Source: Cyanobacteria bacterium J06642_2 (GTDB lineage Bacteria; Cyanobacteriota; Cyanobacteriia; Thermostichales; PCC-7336). Taken from it: a DNA stretch of 64,000 nucleotides. Below, piece after piece: positions 1 through 8,808 of this stretch. The position numbers and the translations under genes were made by a program. The stretch is taken from assembly GCA_039817845.1 (NCBI GenBank), contig JBCBVC010000003.1, forward strand, positions 7,067 through 71,066, read 5' to 3'. Each line of letters starts with the position of its first letter. Position 1 is the first letter of the stretch. The notes below the pieces were generated by a model. It did no database searches. It had not been told where the DNA came from and saw only the letters and a program-made list of their open reading frames with translations.

Positions 1-608
1 CGTCCACTAAACTGCTTGACTTGGGCGCATTTACGTTTGATGGGGGCACGATTTTGTTTCCCCTCAGCTATATCTTCGGGGATATTTTGACCGAGGTATA
101 CGGCTACAATCGCTCTCGCAAGGTCATTTGGCTGGGGTTTATCTCAGCATTACTGATGTCGGTTACCTTTATCGCAGTAGGTGCTTTGCCTCCGGCGGCA
201 GATTGGCCCCATCAAGAGTCGTATCAGGCAATTTTAGGTCTTACTCCGCGTATTGTTGTGGCTAGTTTGATTGCCTTTTTCGCTGGCGAATTTTCTAATT
301 CATTTACGCTTGCGCGCCTGAAAGTCATGACGCAAGGCCGCCTTTTGTGGGTGCGCACCATTGGTTCGACACTAGTGGGTCAATTGATTGATACGCTGCT
401 GTTCGTCGCGATCGCTTTCGCAGGGTTGTTCCCAAACGATGTCATCGTGGCAATTGTGATTTCAAACTACGTCTTTAAATGCGGCGTTGAGGCTCTGTTT
501 ACGCCCTTCACCTACTGGATATCGAGTTGGCTAAAACAGCAAGAGCAGGTGGATCACTACGATATCGGTACCAATTTCAACCCGTTTCACTGGTCGGGGG
601 CGAATTAG
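1..608 (+). CDS. yhhQ: Queuosine-precursor transporter family membrane protein (YhhQ / DUF165), 5' end cut by window edge
   Basis: Track ORF 21..608. The same frame stays open back to nt 3, so the gene starts upstream of the window. FPLSYIFGDILTEVYGY and FAGEFSNS motifs plus several TM helices match my memory of YhhQ-type proteins. Confidence 0.7.
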   Translation, partial: STKLLDLGAFTFDGGTILFPLSYIFGDILTEVYGYNRSRKVIWLGFISALLMSVTFIAVGALPPAADWPHQESYQAILGLTPRIVVASLIAFFAGEFSNSFTLARLKVMTQGRLLWVRTIGSTLVGQLIDTLLFVAIAFAGLFPNDVIVAIVISNYVFKCGVEALFTPFTYWISSWLKQQEQVDHYDIGTNFNPFHWSGAN

Positions 609-795
609 GGTCGAGCTGCACGAGCCAGCTTTGACCAGCGAGGCTGACGCGATCGCCTTCAGCCAACTTTTTGCGGCGTCGCGTCTCCACCTCACCATTG
701 AGCGTAACTGCGCCACTTTGAATCAGCATTTTGGCTTGTCCGCCGGTGCCCGTGGCCCCGACAACCTGTAGGAACTGGCCTAGCTCCATGGGCAT
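577..795 (-). CDS. Small S4-domain RNA-binding protein (YbcJ-like)
   Basis: 72 aa. LGQFLQVVG..GGQAKMLIQSGAVTLNGEVETRRRKKL..GDRV is the classic S4/YbcJ pattern. Convergent 32-nt overlap with the yhhQ 3' end. Confidence 0.7.
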   Translation of the reverse strand: MPMELGQFLQVVGATGTGGQAKMLIQSGAVTLNGEVETRRRKKLAEGDRVSLAGQSWLVQLDPNSPPTSETG

Positions 796-845
796 TGTCC
801 GCGAGCTTGCGCGTCATTAACGTTGCAGGCGAGAAGAAGCATCTT

Positions 846-1154
846 CTATTTCTTTGCCAAGTTATTCTCGACTGAAAAGCGTTCCATAAAACGCATAAAC
901 CGATCCCACTCTTCAGGCGATTTCATCTCATAAATGGCCTCGATGTACTTGAATTTGCCATCTGCAAACTTGACCCGCACTTCGCGAGTCATCATCTCCC
1001 CCTCTTCATCCGTCATGGTCATGCCCAGGAACTCTTGCGCCACTGGCTCTTCGAACTCGAACACCGCCGCACCGCGATTACCCGTCTTCGATCGCTTGAG
1101 ACGAACGTTGGAGGGCACCTCGGTCGTACCGGGGGTGAATTCGATACTTGCCAT
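846..1154 (-). CDS. psb28: Photosystem II assembly factor Psb28
   Basis: 102 aa. DEEGEMMTREVRVKF and SPEEWDRFMRFMERF match the conserved Psb28 core as remembered from Synechocystis Sll1398. Confidence 0.85.
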   Translation of the reverse strand: MASIEFTPGTTEVPSNVRLKRSKTGNRGAAVFEFEEPVAQEFLGMTMTDEEGEMMTREVRVKFADGKFKYIEAIYEMKSPEEWDRFMRFMERFSVENNLAKK

Positions 1155-1375
1155 TGTAAAGTTCCATTAAGCGAATGATTACTCAATCATAAGGCATTAG
1201 GGCTGCTCTTTCTGCGAGATCGCGATCGCTGGCAGTGCCTGCTGATACTACATTACAGAAGACATTTCGCTCTTTCGCTCTTGCAGGACCATTCAGAATA
1301 CGTTACATAAACTAAGGGGAAGTATTGCGAAATGTAAAATAGCAGCTTCGCCATGCTGCCGTTGCGAGTGCATTT

Positions 1376-2848
1376 ATGACTGTCGCTGTTCCGAACCAGG
1401 CTTCCTACACCAGGGCTGACTGGTGTATGGGCTACGAGTCGCTCAAAACCGAGCATTCTTACTGGATTGACGATATTGACGGTCGGCTTCCTCCCGATTT
1501 GGTCGGAACTCTCTTTCGCAACGGACCTGGGCAGTTAGATGTGAACGGTTGTCCTTACAGTCATCCATTCGACGGCGATGGCATGGTTTCGGCAATTACG
1601 TTCACGGGCGATCGCGCGCACTTTCAAAATCGCTATGTCCGCACCCCCGAATTTGAAGCCGAGCAAAAGGCCGGACGTATCCTCTATCGCGGCGTCTTCG
1701 GCACGCCCAAACCCGGAGGCTGGCTAGCCAATGTTTTCGACTTGCGCACCAAAAATTTGGCGAACACTAACGTCGTTTACCAAGGGGACAAACTGTTGGC
1801 GCTGTGGGAAGCTAGCGCCCCCTACAGTCTCTCTCCCGACACCTTAGCGACCCTTGGTGAAGAGACTTTCGACGGCGCGTTGGCTTCCGGCCAATCTTTC
1901 ACTGCCCACCCCCGCCGCGACCCCGAGACGGGAGATTTGATCGCGTTCGGCGTCAAACCGGGACTGTCCTCAACCATTTATCTCTATCGCGTGGACGATC
2001 GCGGTCAACTCGTTGAGCAAACGTCGCATCAGGTGCCAGGGTTCTGCTTTCTGCACGACTTCGTCATCACGCCGAATTACCGCATCTTTTTCCAAAATCC
2101 GGTCTCTTTCAACGCCTTACCCTTCGTGTTCGGTCTCAAATCGGCTGGCAGTTGCGTCGTCCTCGACCCGAAAGCAAAGACGCAAATCCTGTTATTCGAT
2201 CGCCAAGGTAATCTGCACCGCCTTGAAACCGATCCGTGCTTCATCTTTCATCACGTCAATGCCTACGAAGCCGACGCGAACACGCTCGTGGTTGAGTCCA
2301 TTTGCTACGAAGATTACCCCTCACTCGAATCGGGCAGCGATTTTCGAGGCGTGAACTTCGCCAAAGTGCCCCCTGCCTTCGTTTACCGCTTCACGCTCGA
2401 TTTAAAGCGCGATCGCGTTAGCAAAAAACTGATCTTCGAGCGCTCCTGTGAGTTCCCTACCGTTCACCCTGACAAAGTGGGACACGAGCATCGCTACACG
2501 TATTTGGGGTCAATTGCGTCTGGCGATCGCAACGCGCCGTTGCAAGCCATTACCAAAATCGATGGCGTCTCGGGCGAGACCGAATCCCACAGTTTCGCTC
2601 CGCGCGGCTTCATCAGCGAGCCTCTCTTCATTCCTCGTCCCGAGGGTCGGGCGGAAGATGACGGTTGGGTCGTCACGGTCATTTTCGATGCTGCTCACAA
2701 CCGTTCCGACGTGGTCATCCTCGACGCACAAAACATTGCCGACGCACCTGTAGCAACGCTTCATCTCAAGCATCACATTCCCTACGGACTCCACGGCTCG
2801 TTTACAACCGAGGTGTTTGGCGATCGCCAACGGGATTCAGACACGTAA
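1376..2848 (+). CDS. Carotenoid cleavage oxygenase (apocarotenoid-15,15'-oxygenase-like)
   Basis: 490 aa. Four His contexts (FTAHPR, FLHDF, FHHVNAY, HIPYGLHG) are typical of the carotenoid oxygenase / RPE65 family. Confidence 0.85.
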   Translation: MTVAVPNQASYTRADWCMGYESLKTEHSYWIDDIDGRLPPDLVGTLFRNGPGQLDVNGCPYSHPFDGDGMVSAITFTGDRAHFQNRYVRTPEFEAEQKAGRILYRGVFGTPKPGGWLANVFDLRTKNLANTNVVYQGDKLLALWEASAPYSLSPDTLATLGEETFDGALASGQSFTAHPRRDPETGDLIAFGVKPGLSSTIYLYRVDDRGQLVEQTSHQVPGFCFLHDFVITPNYRIFFQNPVSFNALPFVFGLKSAGSCVVLDPKAKTQILLFDRQGNLHRLETDPCFIFHHVNAYEADANTLVVESICYEDYPSLESGSDFRGVNFAKVPPAFVYRFTLDLKRDRVSKKLIFERSCEFPTVHPDKVGHEHRYTYLGSIASGDRNAPLQAITKIDGVSGETESHSFAPRGFISEPLFIPRPEGRAEDDGWVVTVIFDAAHNRSDVVILDAQNIADAPVATLHLKHHIPYGLHGSFTTEVFGDRQRDSDT

Positions 2849-2850
2849 CA

Positions 2851-3438
2851 TCAGCTTCTGTGGCAATTGAGTAACGTCTCAACCAAGTCTTGTGCTGTTC
2901 TCAGTCGCTCAGGATCGTCAGATCGTGCGACCCAAGCAGCCAACTCATTCAGCGAACCATTGACTAAGTGGGCAAATCCCTCCGCATCAATCGTCTTGAG
3001 TTGACCTTTGTTGAAAGCAATCTGAATTGCCTCGTAGAGCAGATCGAATCCATAGCGATCGATTTCAACGAGGTCGTCTGCCGCCAAAACAGCAGGAGCC
3101 TCGACGAATACTAAGCGTCGTACCTCATCCTGTTGAGCGACTTCTAAGAATGCCTTGCAGCCAACGATCAACTGCTGCCAGTTGTCATCTAGCGGTCGGA
3201 CCTGAGCTTGAATGTAGTCCGTAATTTCAGCATAGGCTTCCACAATGACCGCTTTGAAGACCCCAACCTTGTCGTGGAATTGGTGATATAACGCTCCACG
3301 TGTAATCCCTAATTCACTGATAATTTCTTCCGTCCCTGTCGCTGCATATCCTTTCGTGGCGAATAGATGACGCGCCCGATCGAGGATGGAGCGGCGGGTA
3401 CGGCGAGTTTGCTCGGCTTTAGTGAGCTTTACAGACAT
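2851..3438 (-). CDS. TetR family transcriptional regulator
   Basis: 195 aa. N-terminal HTH RSILDRARHLFATKGYAATGTEEIISELGITRGALYHQF. Divergent from the GNAT-SDR pair. Confidence 0.85.
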   Translation of the reverse strand: MSVKLTKAEQTRRTRRSILDRARHLFATKGYAATGTEEIISELGITRGALYHQFHDKVGVFKAVIVEAYAEITDYIQAQVRPLDDNWQQLIVGCKAFLEVAQQDEVRRLVFVEAPAVLAADDLVEIDRYGFDLLYEAIQIAFNKGQLKTIDAEGFAHLVNGSLNELAAWVARSDDPERLRTAQDLVETLLNCHRS

Positions 3439-3468
3439 CGAACATCCTTAAAGATAAACATTCAGACA

Positions 3469-3522
3469 GTATGTATCTTGACAGGCTTTGTCTCGCCGCC
3501 TAGGATACATACAGACTGTATC
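3469..3522 (+). promoter_or_regulatory. Candidate sigma70-type promoter (TTGACA-N17-TAGGAT) with overlapping palindromic TetR-type operator
   Basis: TTGACA at 3478-3483 and TAGGAT at 3501-3506, with a 17-nt spacer. The palindrome GATACA-N7-TGTATC at 3504-3522 overlaps the -10 box. GTATGTATC at 3469-3477 is the inverted partner of GATACATAC at 3504-3512. Confidence 0.35.
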
Positions 3523-3553
3523 TTTGGTTGAGATCTTTCTCGGAGGGAATCTG

Positions 3554-4228
3554 ATGTCAGCCACGTTGAGTACGCGTAAAGCGAAAACTGCAGATATTTC
3601 GTTTCTTGCCAAGATTGAGTACGAAGCCTCCCTGCCACCTCTAAATCACTGTTTCTGGGAAGACGTGTTGCAAGGTACGGGAACTGGTGCTTTGCCGTTT
3701 ATCGAGGCGGAACTCAAAACAGATGCTTCGAATTGGGGTAAGGTATCTGATTTCATCATTTTGGAAGCGGAAGGTAAGCCCGTTGCAGCGGCAGCAGGTT
3801 ATGTCCCGAACGCGGAAGATTACTGTCCGTTGGATTTATCGCGTCTAGAAGCGATCGCGCAGGAATTGCAGTGGTCGCCAGAAACCACAACCCTCTTTCG
3901 CGATCGCTATATGGAACTTTGGGGAAACGATTTGCGACCGCCCTTTCTCACGCCTCAAGCCACCTGGATTATTGAAAATGTTGCCGTTATGCCGGAATCG
4001 CGAGGGCGAGGTTTTGGGAAAGTATTGCTCAGAGCAGTGTTAGAGGAAGGGCGATCGCGGCAGCATTCTCGTGCCGGAATTATGGTTATCAACGGGAATG
4101 ATGTGGCTCAACATACCTATGAATCTATTGGGTTCAAGCCTTATCAAACTTTTCACGCAGATTACTTCTCCGATCTGTTTGATATCGACTTTCCTGGTGT
4201 TACGAAATTGGGTCTGCGTCTAAACTAA
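3554..4228 (+). CDS. GNAT family N-acetyltransferase
   Basis: Track ORF 3488..4228. I prefer the ATG at 3554, which is preceded by GGAGGG. Acetyl-CoA motif VMPESRGRGFGKVLL. Confidence 0.7.
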   Translation: MSATLSTRKAKTADISFLAKIEYEASLPPLNHCFWEDVLQGTGTGALPFIEAELKTDASNWGKVSDFIILEAEGKPVAAAAGYVPNAEDYCPLDLSRLEAIAQELQWSPETTTLFRDRYMELWGNDLRPPFLTPQATWIIENVAVMPESRGRGFGKVLLRAVLEEGRSRQHSRAGIMVINGNDVAQHTYESIGFKPYQTFHADYFSDLFDIDFPGVTKLGLRLN

Positions 4229-4242
4229 ACAGGAGAAAATCC

Positions 4243-4938
4243 ATGTCATTTAAGACTATTCTTGTCGCAGGAGCCAGTCGCGGTATCGGACTGGCAGTAG
4301 CGGAACATTTAGTGTCTAAGTGCGAGCGTTTATTAGCTGTCTCTCGCACGAAAGCTCCCGTTGGCGAATGGATTCGTGCAGATTTATCCGACCTGACAGG
4401 AGTAGAAGCGGTGTTTGAGGCGATTGGAGACGATTGTTTAGATGCCTTGCTTTACATGGGTGGAACGTGGGAAACGCATGCGTTTACTAGCCAATATCGC
4501 TTTGAAGACTGTTCTGATGAAGATATTTCCCGCGTGATTGCCGTTAACTTAGTTGCTCCCATTCGATTAGTTAAAGCGTTATTACCTGCCCTGCGACGAT
4601 CGGACAATCCGAAAATGATTTTCATGGGCTCGCTCTCAGGACGAGATAATTTCCCAGGCAGAGAAGTTGCGAATAGTGCGTCTAAATTTGGATTGCGGGG
4701 TGTGGTACATTCCTTGCGAGAAGAATTGCGATCGCAGCAGATAAGTGCAACAGTGATTAATCCCGGTAATGTGGGAACACCTGAAGTTTTGGCAGACCTC
4801 GCTGCAGATAATTTAATCGGTGGCGAGGCAATTCCTCTAACAGATCTTTTGAGCATTATCGATTGCGTTCTTTCATTATCGAGAGGTACGTGTATTAAAG
4901 AGATTGATGTGCCTGCAATGTTAGGAGCAGGAGCTTAA
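4243..4938 (+). CDS. Short-chain dehydrogenase/reductase family protein (non-canonical active site)
   Basis: 231 aa. The Rossmann motif VAGASRGIGLAV and an AGGAG Shine-Dalgarno before the ATG are present. The expected YxxxK reads NSASK (see findings). Confidence 0.8.
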   Translation: MSFKTILVAGASRGIGLAVAEHLVSKCERLLAVSRTKAPVGEWIRADLSDLTGVEAVFEAIGDDCLDALLYMGGTWETHAFTSQYRFEDCSDEDISRVIAVNLVAPIRLVKALLPALRRSDNPKMIFMGSLSGRDNFPGREVANSASKFGLRGVVHSLREELRSQQISATVINPGNVGTPEVLADLAADNLIGGEAIPLTDLLSIIDCVLSLSRGTCIKEIDVPAMLGAGA

Positions 4939-5262
4939 GCATTTCTGCGTTCATATATTCAAATGAAATAACGGTCGGCTTTAGGCTGCGCAGATATGTA
5001 TGTTCGGGCACTAAAAACTATAGTGATGTCTTCACAATATGTGGTTTCTAGGCTTCTAATCAATGTCTCATTTTTGAGTTGGGTAAACCGCACTCAACCG
5101 CACTTGTGAACCCAAAAAGCAGAGTGCCATACTTTTAATAGAAGACAGGGAGTACAGAGGTCGCTAGCTCAACAAGCCATCATCGAGAAACGTAGAGAGT
5201 TTCGTTTCTTGCTTCTGGCTGGAGCTGTAGTCACTCTTCTCTGCCATTTTGGGAGCATTATC

Positions 5263-5643
5263 ATGACGGATTCTAACCCTAACCCCACTAATTACTTACC
5301 TGGCTTTGAGGGCACGCAGGCTCCGGGGCCTGACAACGAGCTTTGGCAGTATATGCAGTCTCAAGCACCTGAGACATTTCAAAATATTGCTAAATCCTCT
5401 TCCCCTGAGGTCATGGAAATTCTCAGCCACAACATTCGCAGCTTGGTGGGCAACTTACCGCCCGATCAGTTTGGAGTACAAATTGTTACGAACCGCGAGA
5501 ACTTAGCACGCATGTTGTCAGGTGCAATGATGGGTGGCTACTTTCTCAAAACGCTGGAACAGCGTTTAGCCTTAGAGCAAGCGATGGCAGGGAAAACGCC
5601 TCCCAGCTTAAGTGAAGCAGACGACAATACTGAGTCTCGGTGA
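5263..5643 (+). CDS. DUF760-type conserved cyanobacterial/plant protein
   Basis: Track ORF 5209..5643. The internal ATG at 5263 gives MTDSNPN... The stretches SSPEVMEILSHNIRSLVGNLPPDQFGVQI and LSGAMMGGYFLKTLEQRL match my memory of DUF760. Confidence 0.65.
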   Translation: MTDSNPNPTNYLPGFEGTQAPGPDNELWQYMQSQAPETFQNIAKSSSPEVMEILSHNIRSLVGNLPPDQFGVQIVTNRENLARMLSGAMMGGYFLKTLEQRLALEQAMAGKTPPSLSEADDNTESR

Positions 5644-6030
5644 CTTCGTGCTGTGTTGTGAAATCGGTCTAAGCGTATCAGCTGTAGCTGCAGGACGTTT
5701 TGGAAATGGCGTGGTTAATCCATGCTGGAGTCACGAGCAGACATGACTTAACAGACGAGTGAGGAAGAAATTGGCAGGTAGTCCATCCAACATTAGAGCA
5801 TCGCCCCCGGAGAACATATGTCGGTAGCCTCAGTACGGAGACAACACTTGCATCGCCTGCTGAAACTCAGAGCGTCGTAGGAAGAAATTGCAGAAGGTGC
5901 GCCGCAGAAAGCCACAGTCACAGCGGAACTGCAACTACCCTGTTTAGACAACAATCGCGTGCATGGTTTGGCCCAGTTCGTGCCGAAGTATAGTGTGACG
6001 AAATTAGTGACGATCTTGCAGTCGGTCAGC

Positions 6031-6141
6031 TCAACTCGAAGGTTCGCGCTCAATCCATAGAAATAAAGATACGATCGCAACAGCAGGCAGCACGAGACCC
6101 ACAATCATAACCAGATAGGGTGGCAGGAAGGCGGCGGTCAT
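6031..6141 (-). CDS. psaI: Photosystem I subunit VIII (PsaI), 36 aa, below the ORF-track cutoff
   Basis: My translation of the minus strand is MTAAFLPPYLVMIVGLVLPAVAIVSLFLWIEREPSS followed by a stop. FLP...VG...P...LFLxIERE matches cyanobacterial and plastid PsaI as I remember it. It is a single TM helix. Confidence 0.75.
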   Translation of the reverse strand: MTAAFLPPYLVMIVGLVLPAVAIVSLFLWIEREPSS

Positions 6142-6216
6142 TACAGGTCCCCAAACAAAACAGTGCCCAAACTTTATCATGGCGATCGCGTCGCGACGGC
6201 ATCCGAGCAATCGAGC

Positions 6217-6855
6217 TTAACGTTGAGAGTTGAATTGCTCGGGATAGCGATTGATAATCTCCTGACGGCGAAAGCAGGTTAGAGCGTGATCGTTGACTAA
6301 ACCTGTGGCCTGCATGTAGGCATAGCAGATGGTTGAACCCACAAATTTAAAGCCGCGCCGTTTCAGATCTCGGCTGAGAGCGTCAGACTCGGGCGTCGTG
6401 GCTGGGTAGTCAGTGAGAGTCTGCCAGGCATTGACAATTGGGCGACCGCCGCCGAATTGCCAAATGTAATCGGTAAAGCTACCACACTCGGACTGAATGT
6501 CGAGAAAGAGGCGGGCATTGAGTATTGCTGCTGCAATTTTGCGACGATTGCGGACGATACCGGCATCCTGCAGGAGCGAGTTCGCTTTTGCGTCGTCATA
6601 TCGCGCCACTTTCACAGGATCGAAACCGTCAAAAGCCCTACGGTAGGCTGCTCTTTTCCTGAGAATGGTGTACCAACTCAATCCCGCCTGAGCAGATTCG
6701 AGGATGAGGAATTCAAACGCGAGGCGATCGTCGAAGACCGGCACGCCCCACTCGAGATCGTGATAGGCAACATAGTCGGGCTTGCTCAGATCGACCCACG
6801 GACAACGTGAGCGCGCGTCCGATGACACGGAAATATTAGAAATATCAATTGTCAT
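6217..6855 (-). CDS. tag: DNA-3-methyladenine glycosylase I
   Basis: 212 aa. RCPWV..YHDLEWGVPV.DDR.LFEFL.LE..QAGLSW layout and C-terminal HxxxC typical of Tag. Confidence 0.9.
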   Translation of the reverse strand: MTIDISNISVSSDARSRCPWVDLSKPDYVAYHDLEWGVPVFDDRLAFEFLILESAQAGLSWYTILRKRAAYRRAFDGFDPVKVARYDDAKANSLLQDAGIVRNRRKIAAAILNARLFLDIQSECGSFTDYIWQFGGGRPIVNAWQTLTDYPATTPESDALSRDLKRRGFKFVGSTICYAYMQATGLVNDHALTCFRRQEIINRYPEQFNSQR

Positions 6856-6955
6856 GCCAGCTAAACCTCCGGCTAAAGATCTTGCCGCCTATCCAGTCTA
6901 TGGGTCTGCCAAGATAGGTTGAGTTCTTGCAATCAACTGCCAAAGGAATAGCTCT

Positions 6956-8311
6956 ATGGTGTCACCTAGTTCTGCGGCTGCGCCCGAGATGCTCGACGAG
7001 GATCGCGCTCTTTCTCTGGTAGAAGAAGCGATCGCTGCCTCAGATGCCGACGGAGTATTCGTCAGTGTAGAAGCAGGCACGTCGGCACTCAGCCGCTTTT
7101 CGGACAATCAGATGACTCAGAATCTGAGCCGGACGCGCTTTTCGCTATCCATAACCAGTTATGTCGGCGAGCGCAGCGCCACCACTACCACTACTGAACT
7201 GAATGGCGATGCAATCCGCGCTACGGTGCAAAGATCGCGCGAACTAGCTGAGATTGCTCCCATCGATCCCGAATGGGTTCCTCTTTTAGGCCCTCAAACG
7301 TATCCTCAGTACGAGTCGGGCTTTGACGAAGCCACAGCAACGTGTTCGGCACGACAACGAGGCGAGCGGGTACACCGCAGCTGCGAACTCAGTCAACGAG
7401 CTGGAGTGGCGGGTTCGGGGTCACTTAGCACCGACGAGAAGTTGACTGCCATCGGAAACTCAACGGGGCTGAGAGCTAGCGATCGCCGTACCGAGGCTGA
7501 ATTTAGCTTTACTGCTCGTATCGATGACGGTACGGGTTGGCATCAACGCACGGCCTGGAATCTTGGCGCACTGCCGATTGAGGCTCTCGTCCGTGACGCG
7601 ATCGCTCGCGCTCAGGCCTCTTGCCATCCACGTCCTATTGCTCCCGCAACTTACCCCGTCATCATGACGCCCGCCGCTGTGGCCGAATTGGCGAGCTGGA
7701 TAATGTGGAACTTAGACGCACGGGCAGCGGATGAGGGGCGATCGTTCATGTCGCGAGTTTCGACGGCTGAGGCTCCAGCGGGAAATCGGTTGGGGGAACA
7801 ATTGTTCAGTCCTCTGGTACAGATCCGTCGCGATTCCAGCCATCCGCTCTTGCGTCTCTGCCCGTTTTTCCGCAACGGTTTACCCAATAGTGACCTCGAT
7901 ATCGTGCGCGATGGCATTCCAAGCGCACTTTCCTACAGCCGTTACTGGGCGATACAAACGCAAAGCGTACCTACTGGCCCGATGAGTCCATTCGTGATGA
8001 AAGGAAGCGATCGCTCTTTAGATGATTTGATTGCTCAAACCGAACGCGGCATTTTGATCAATCGCGCTTGGTACGTGCGCTACGTCAATCCCAAAACGCT
8101 GGAAGTGACGGGTATGACTCGCGACGGCACGGCTTGGATCGAGGACGGCAAAATCGCCTACCCCATCCAAAACTTGCGCTTCAATCAGAGCCTGCCTAAC
8201 TTATTTCGAGACATTGACGCCCTCGGCACGGTTGAGCGTCACGGCAATTGCGTGGTGCCCAGCGCGCGATCGCGCGGTCTCCGATTCGATAGCGTTACCG
8301 ACAGTATTTGA
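6956..8311 (+). CDS. pmbA: TldD/PmbA family metalloprotease modulator (PmbA/TldE-like)
   Basis: 451 aa. C-terminal GMTRDGTAWIEDGKIAYPIQNLRFN is typical of the family. It lacks the HExxxH seen in the TldD paralog at 40337..41743. Confidence 0.75.
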   Translation: MVSPSSAAAPEMLDEDRALSLVEEAIAASDADGVFVSVEAGTSALSRFSDNQMTQNLSRTRFSLSITSYVGERSATTTTTELNGDAIRATVQRSRELAEIAPIDPEWVPLLGPQTYPQYESGFDEATATCSARQRGERVHRSCELSQRAGVAGSGSLSTDEKLTAIGNSTGLRASDRRTEAEFSFTARIDDGTGWHQRTAWNLGALPIEALVRDAIARAQASCHPRPIAPATYPVIMTPAAVAELASWIMWNLDARAADEGRSFMSRVSTAEAPAGNRLGEQLFSPLVQIRRDSSHPLLRLCPFFRNGLPNSDLDIVRDGIPSALSYSRYWAIQTQSVPTGPMSPFVMKGSDRSLDDLIAQTERGILINRAWYVRYVNPKTLEVTGMTRDGTAWIEDGKIAYPIQNLRFNQSLPNLFRDIDALGTVERHGNCVVPSARSRGLRFDSVTDSI

Positions 8312-8808
8312 TGAGCTGGCAACTTTAGCCGTGTTAACGCTAACCCAGAAGCTTCCTACATATCCGCAAACATGTATGGTGGAGGGGTTCAATGGATACC
8401 TCTGGTTAGAGATTGTTCAAGGACTTGATAGCGAGAGCGTCAACGCGATAAGTTACTACTTCTGCTGACTTGGCCGAGTAAACGTCCCAATACATCTCAC
8501 TAACTTGCTTAGAGAGCCTAGCAAAACATATGTAAACATCGTGATTGCCAATATCGTAGCAGTGGGGGAATCTCCATGCTCGAGGATGGACTGTAAATCG
8601 ACAGTTACAGGTCCCACTGCTTGGGAAGTGATTGTGTTTGTCATTGATATGTCTCAAACTCGATGTCATCATCATCACCTTTAAAACTTGAACTCATGTT
8701 TCATATCTGCTTCATCTTTTCAGTTCATTCAAAGTGAATTGTCACTGATGCGATGTGAACCATGACTGAACTAAAACTGTTTTCACGGTCCAGATTCAGC
8801 CAATTAAT

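Noticed and set aside
5793-6104. 103-aa minus-strand ORF
   Set aside because: It overlaps psaI in another frame and has a Cys/Ser/Leu-rich composition without motifs. psaI is the better explanation for its upstream part.
6956-8311. pmbA and tldD (40337..41743) as a possible linked proteolytic or microcin-maturation system
   Set aside because: The two genes are 32 kb apart and surrounded by unrelated housekeeping genes. This is an ordinary unlinked arrangement.
8406-8678. 90-aa and 62-aa minus-strand ORFs in the AT-rich spacer before the pentapeptide gene
   Set aside because: There is no Shine-Dalgarno, no motif, and the two candidate frames overlap each other. The region is left as unassigned (see the finding at 8312..9903).
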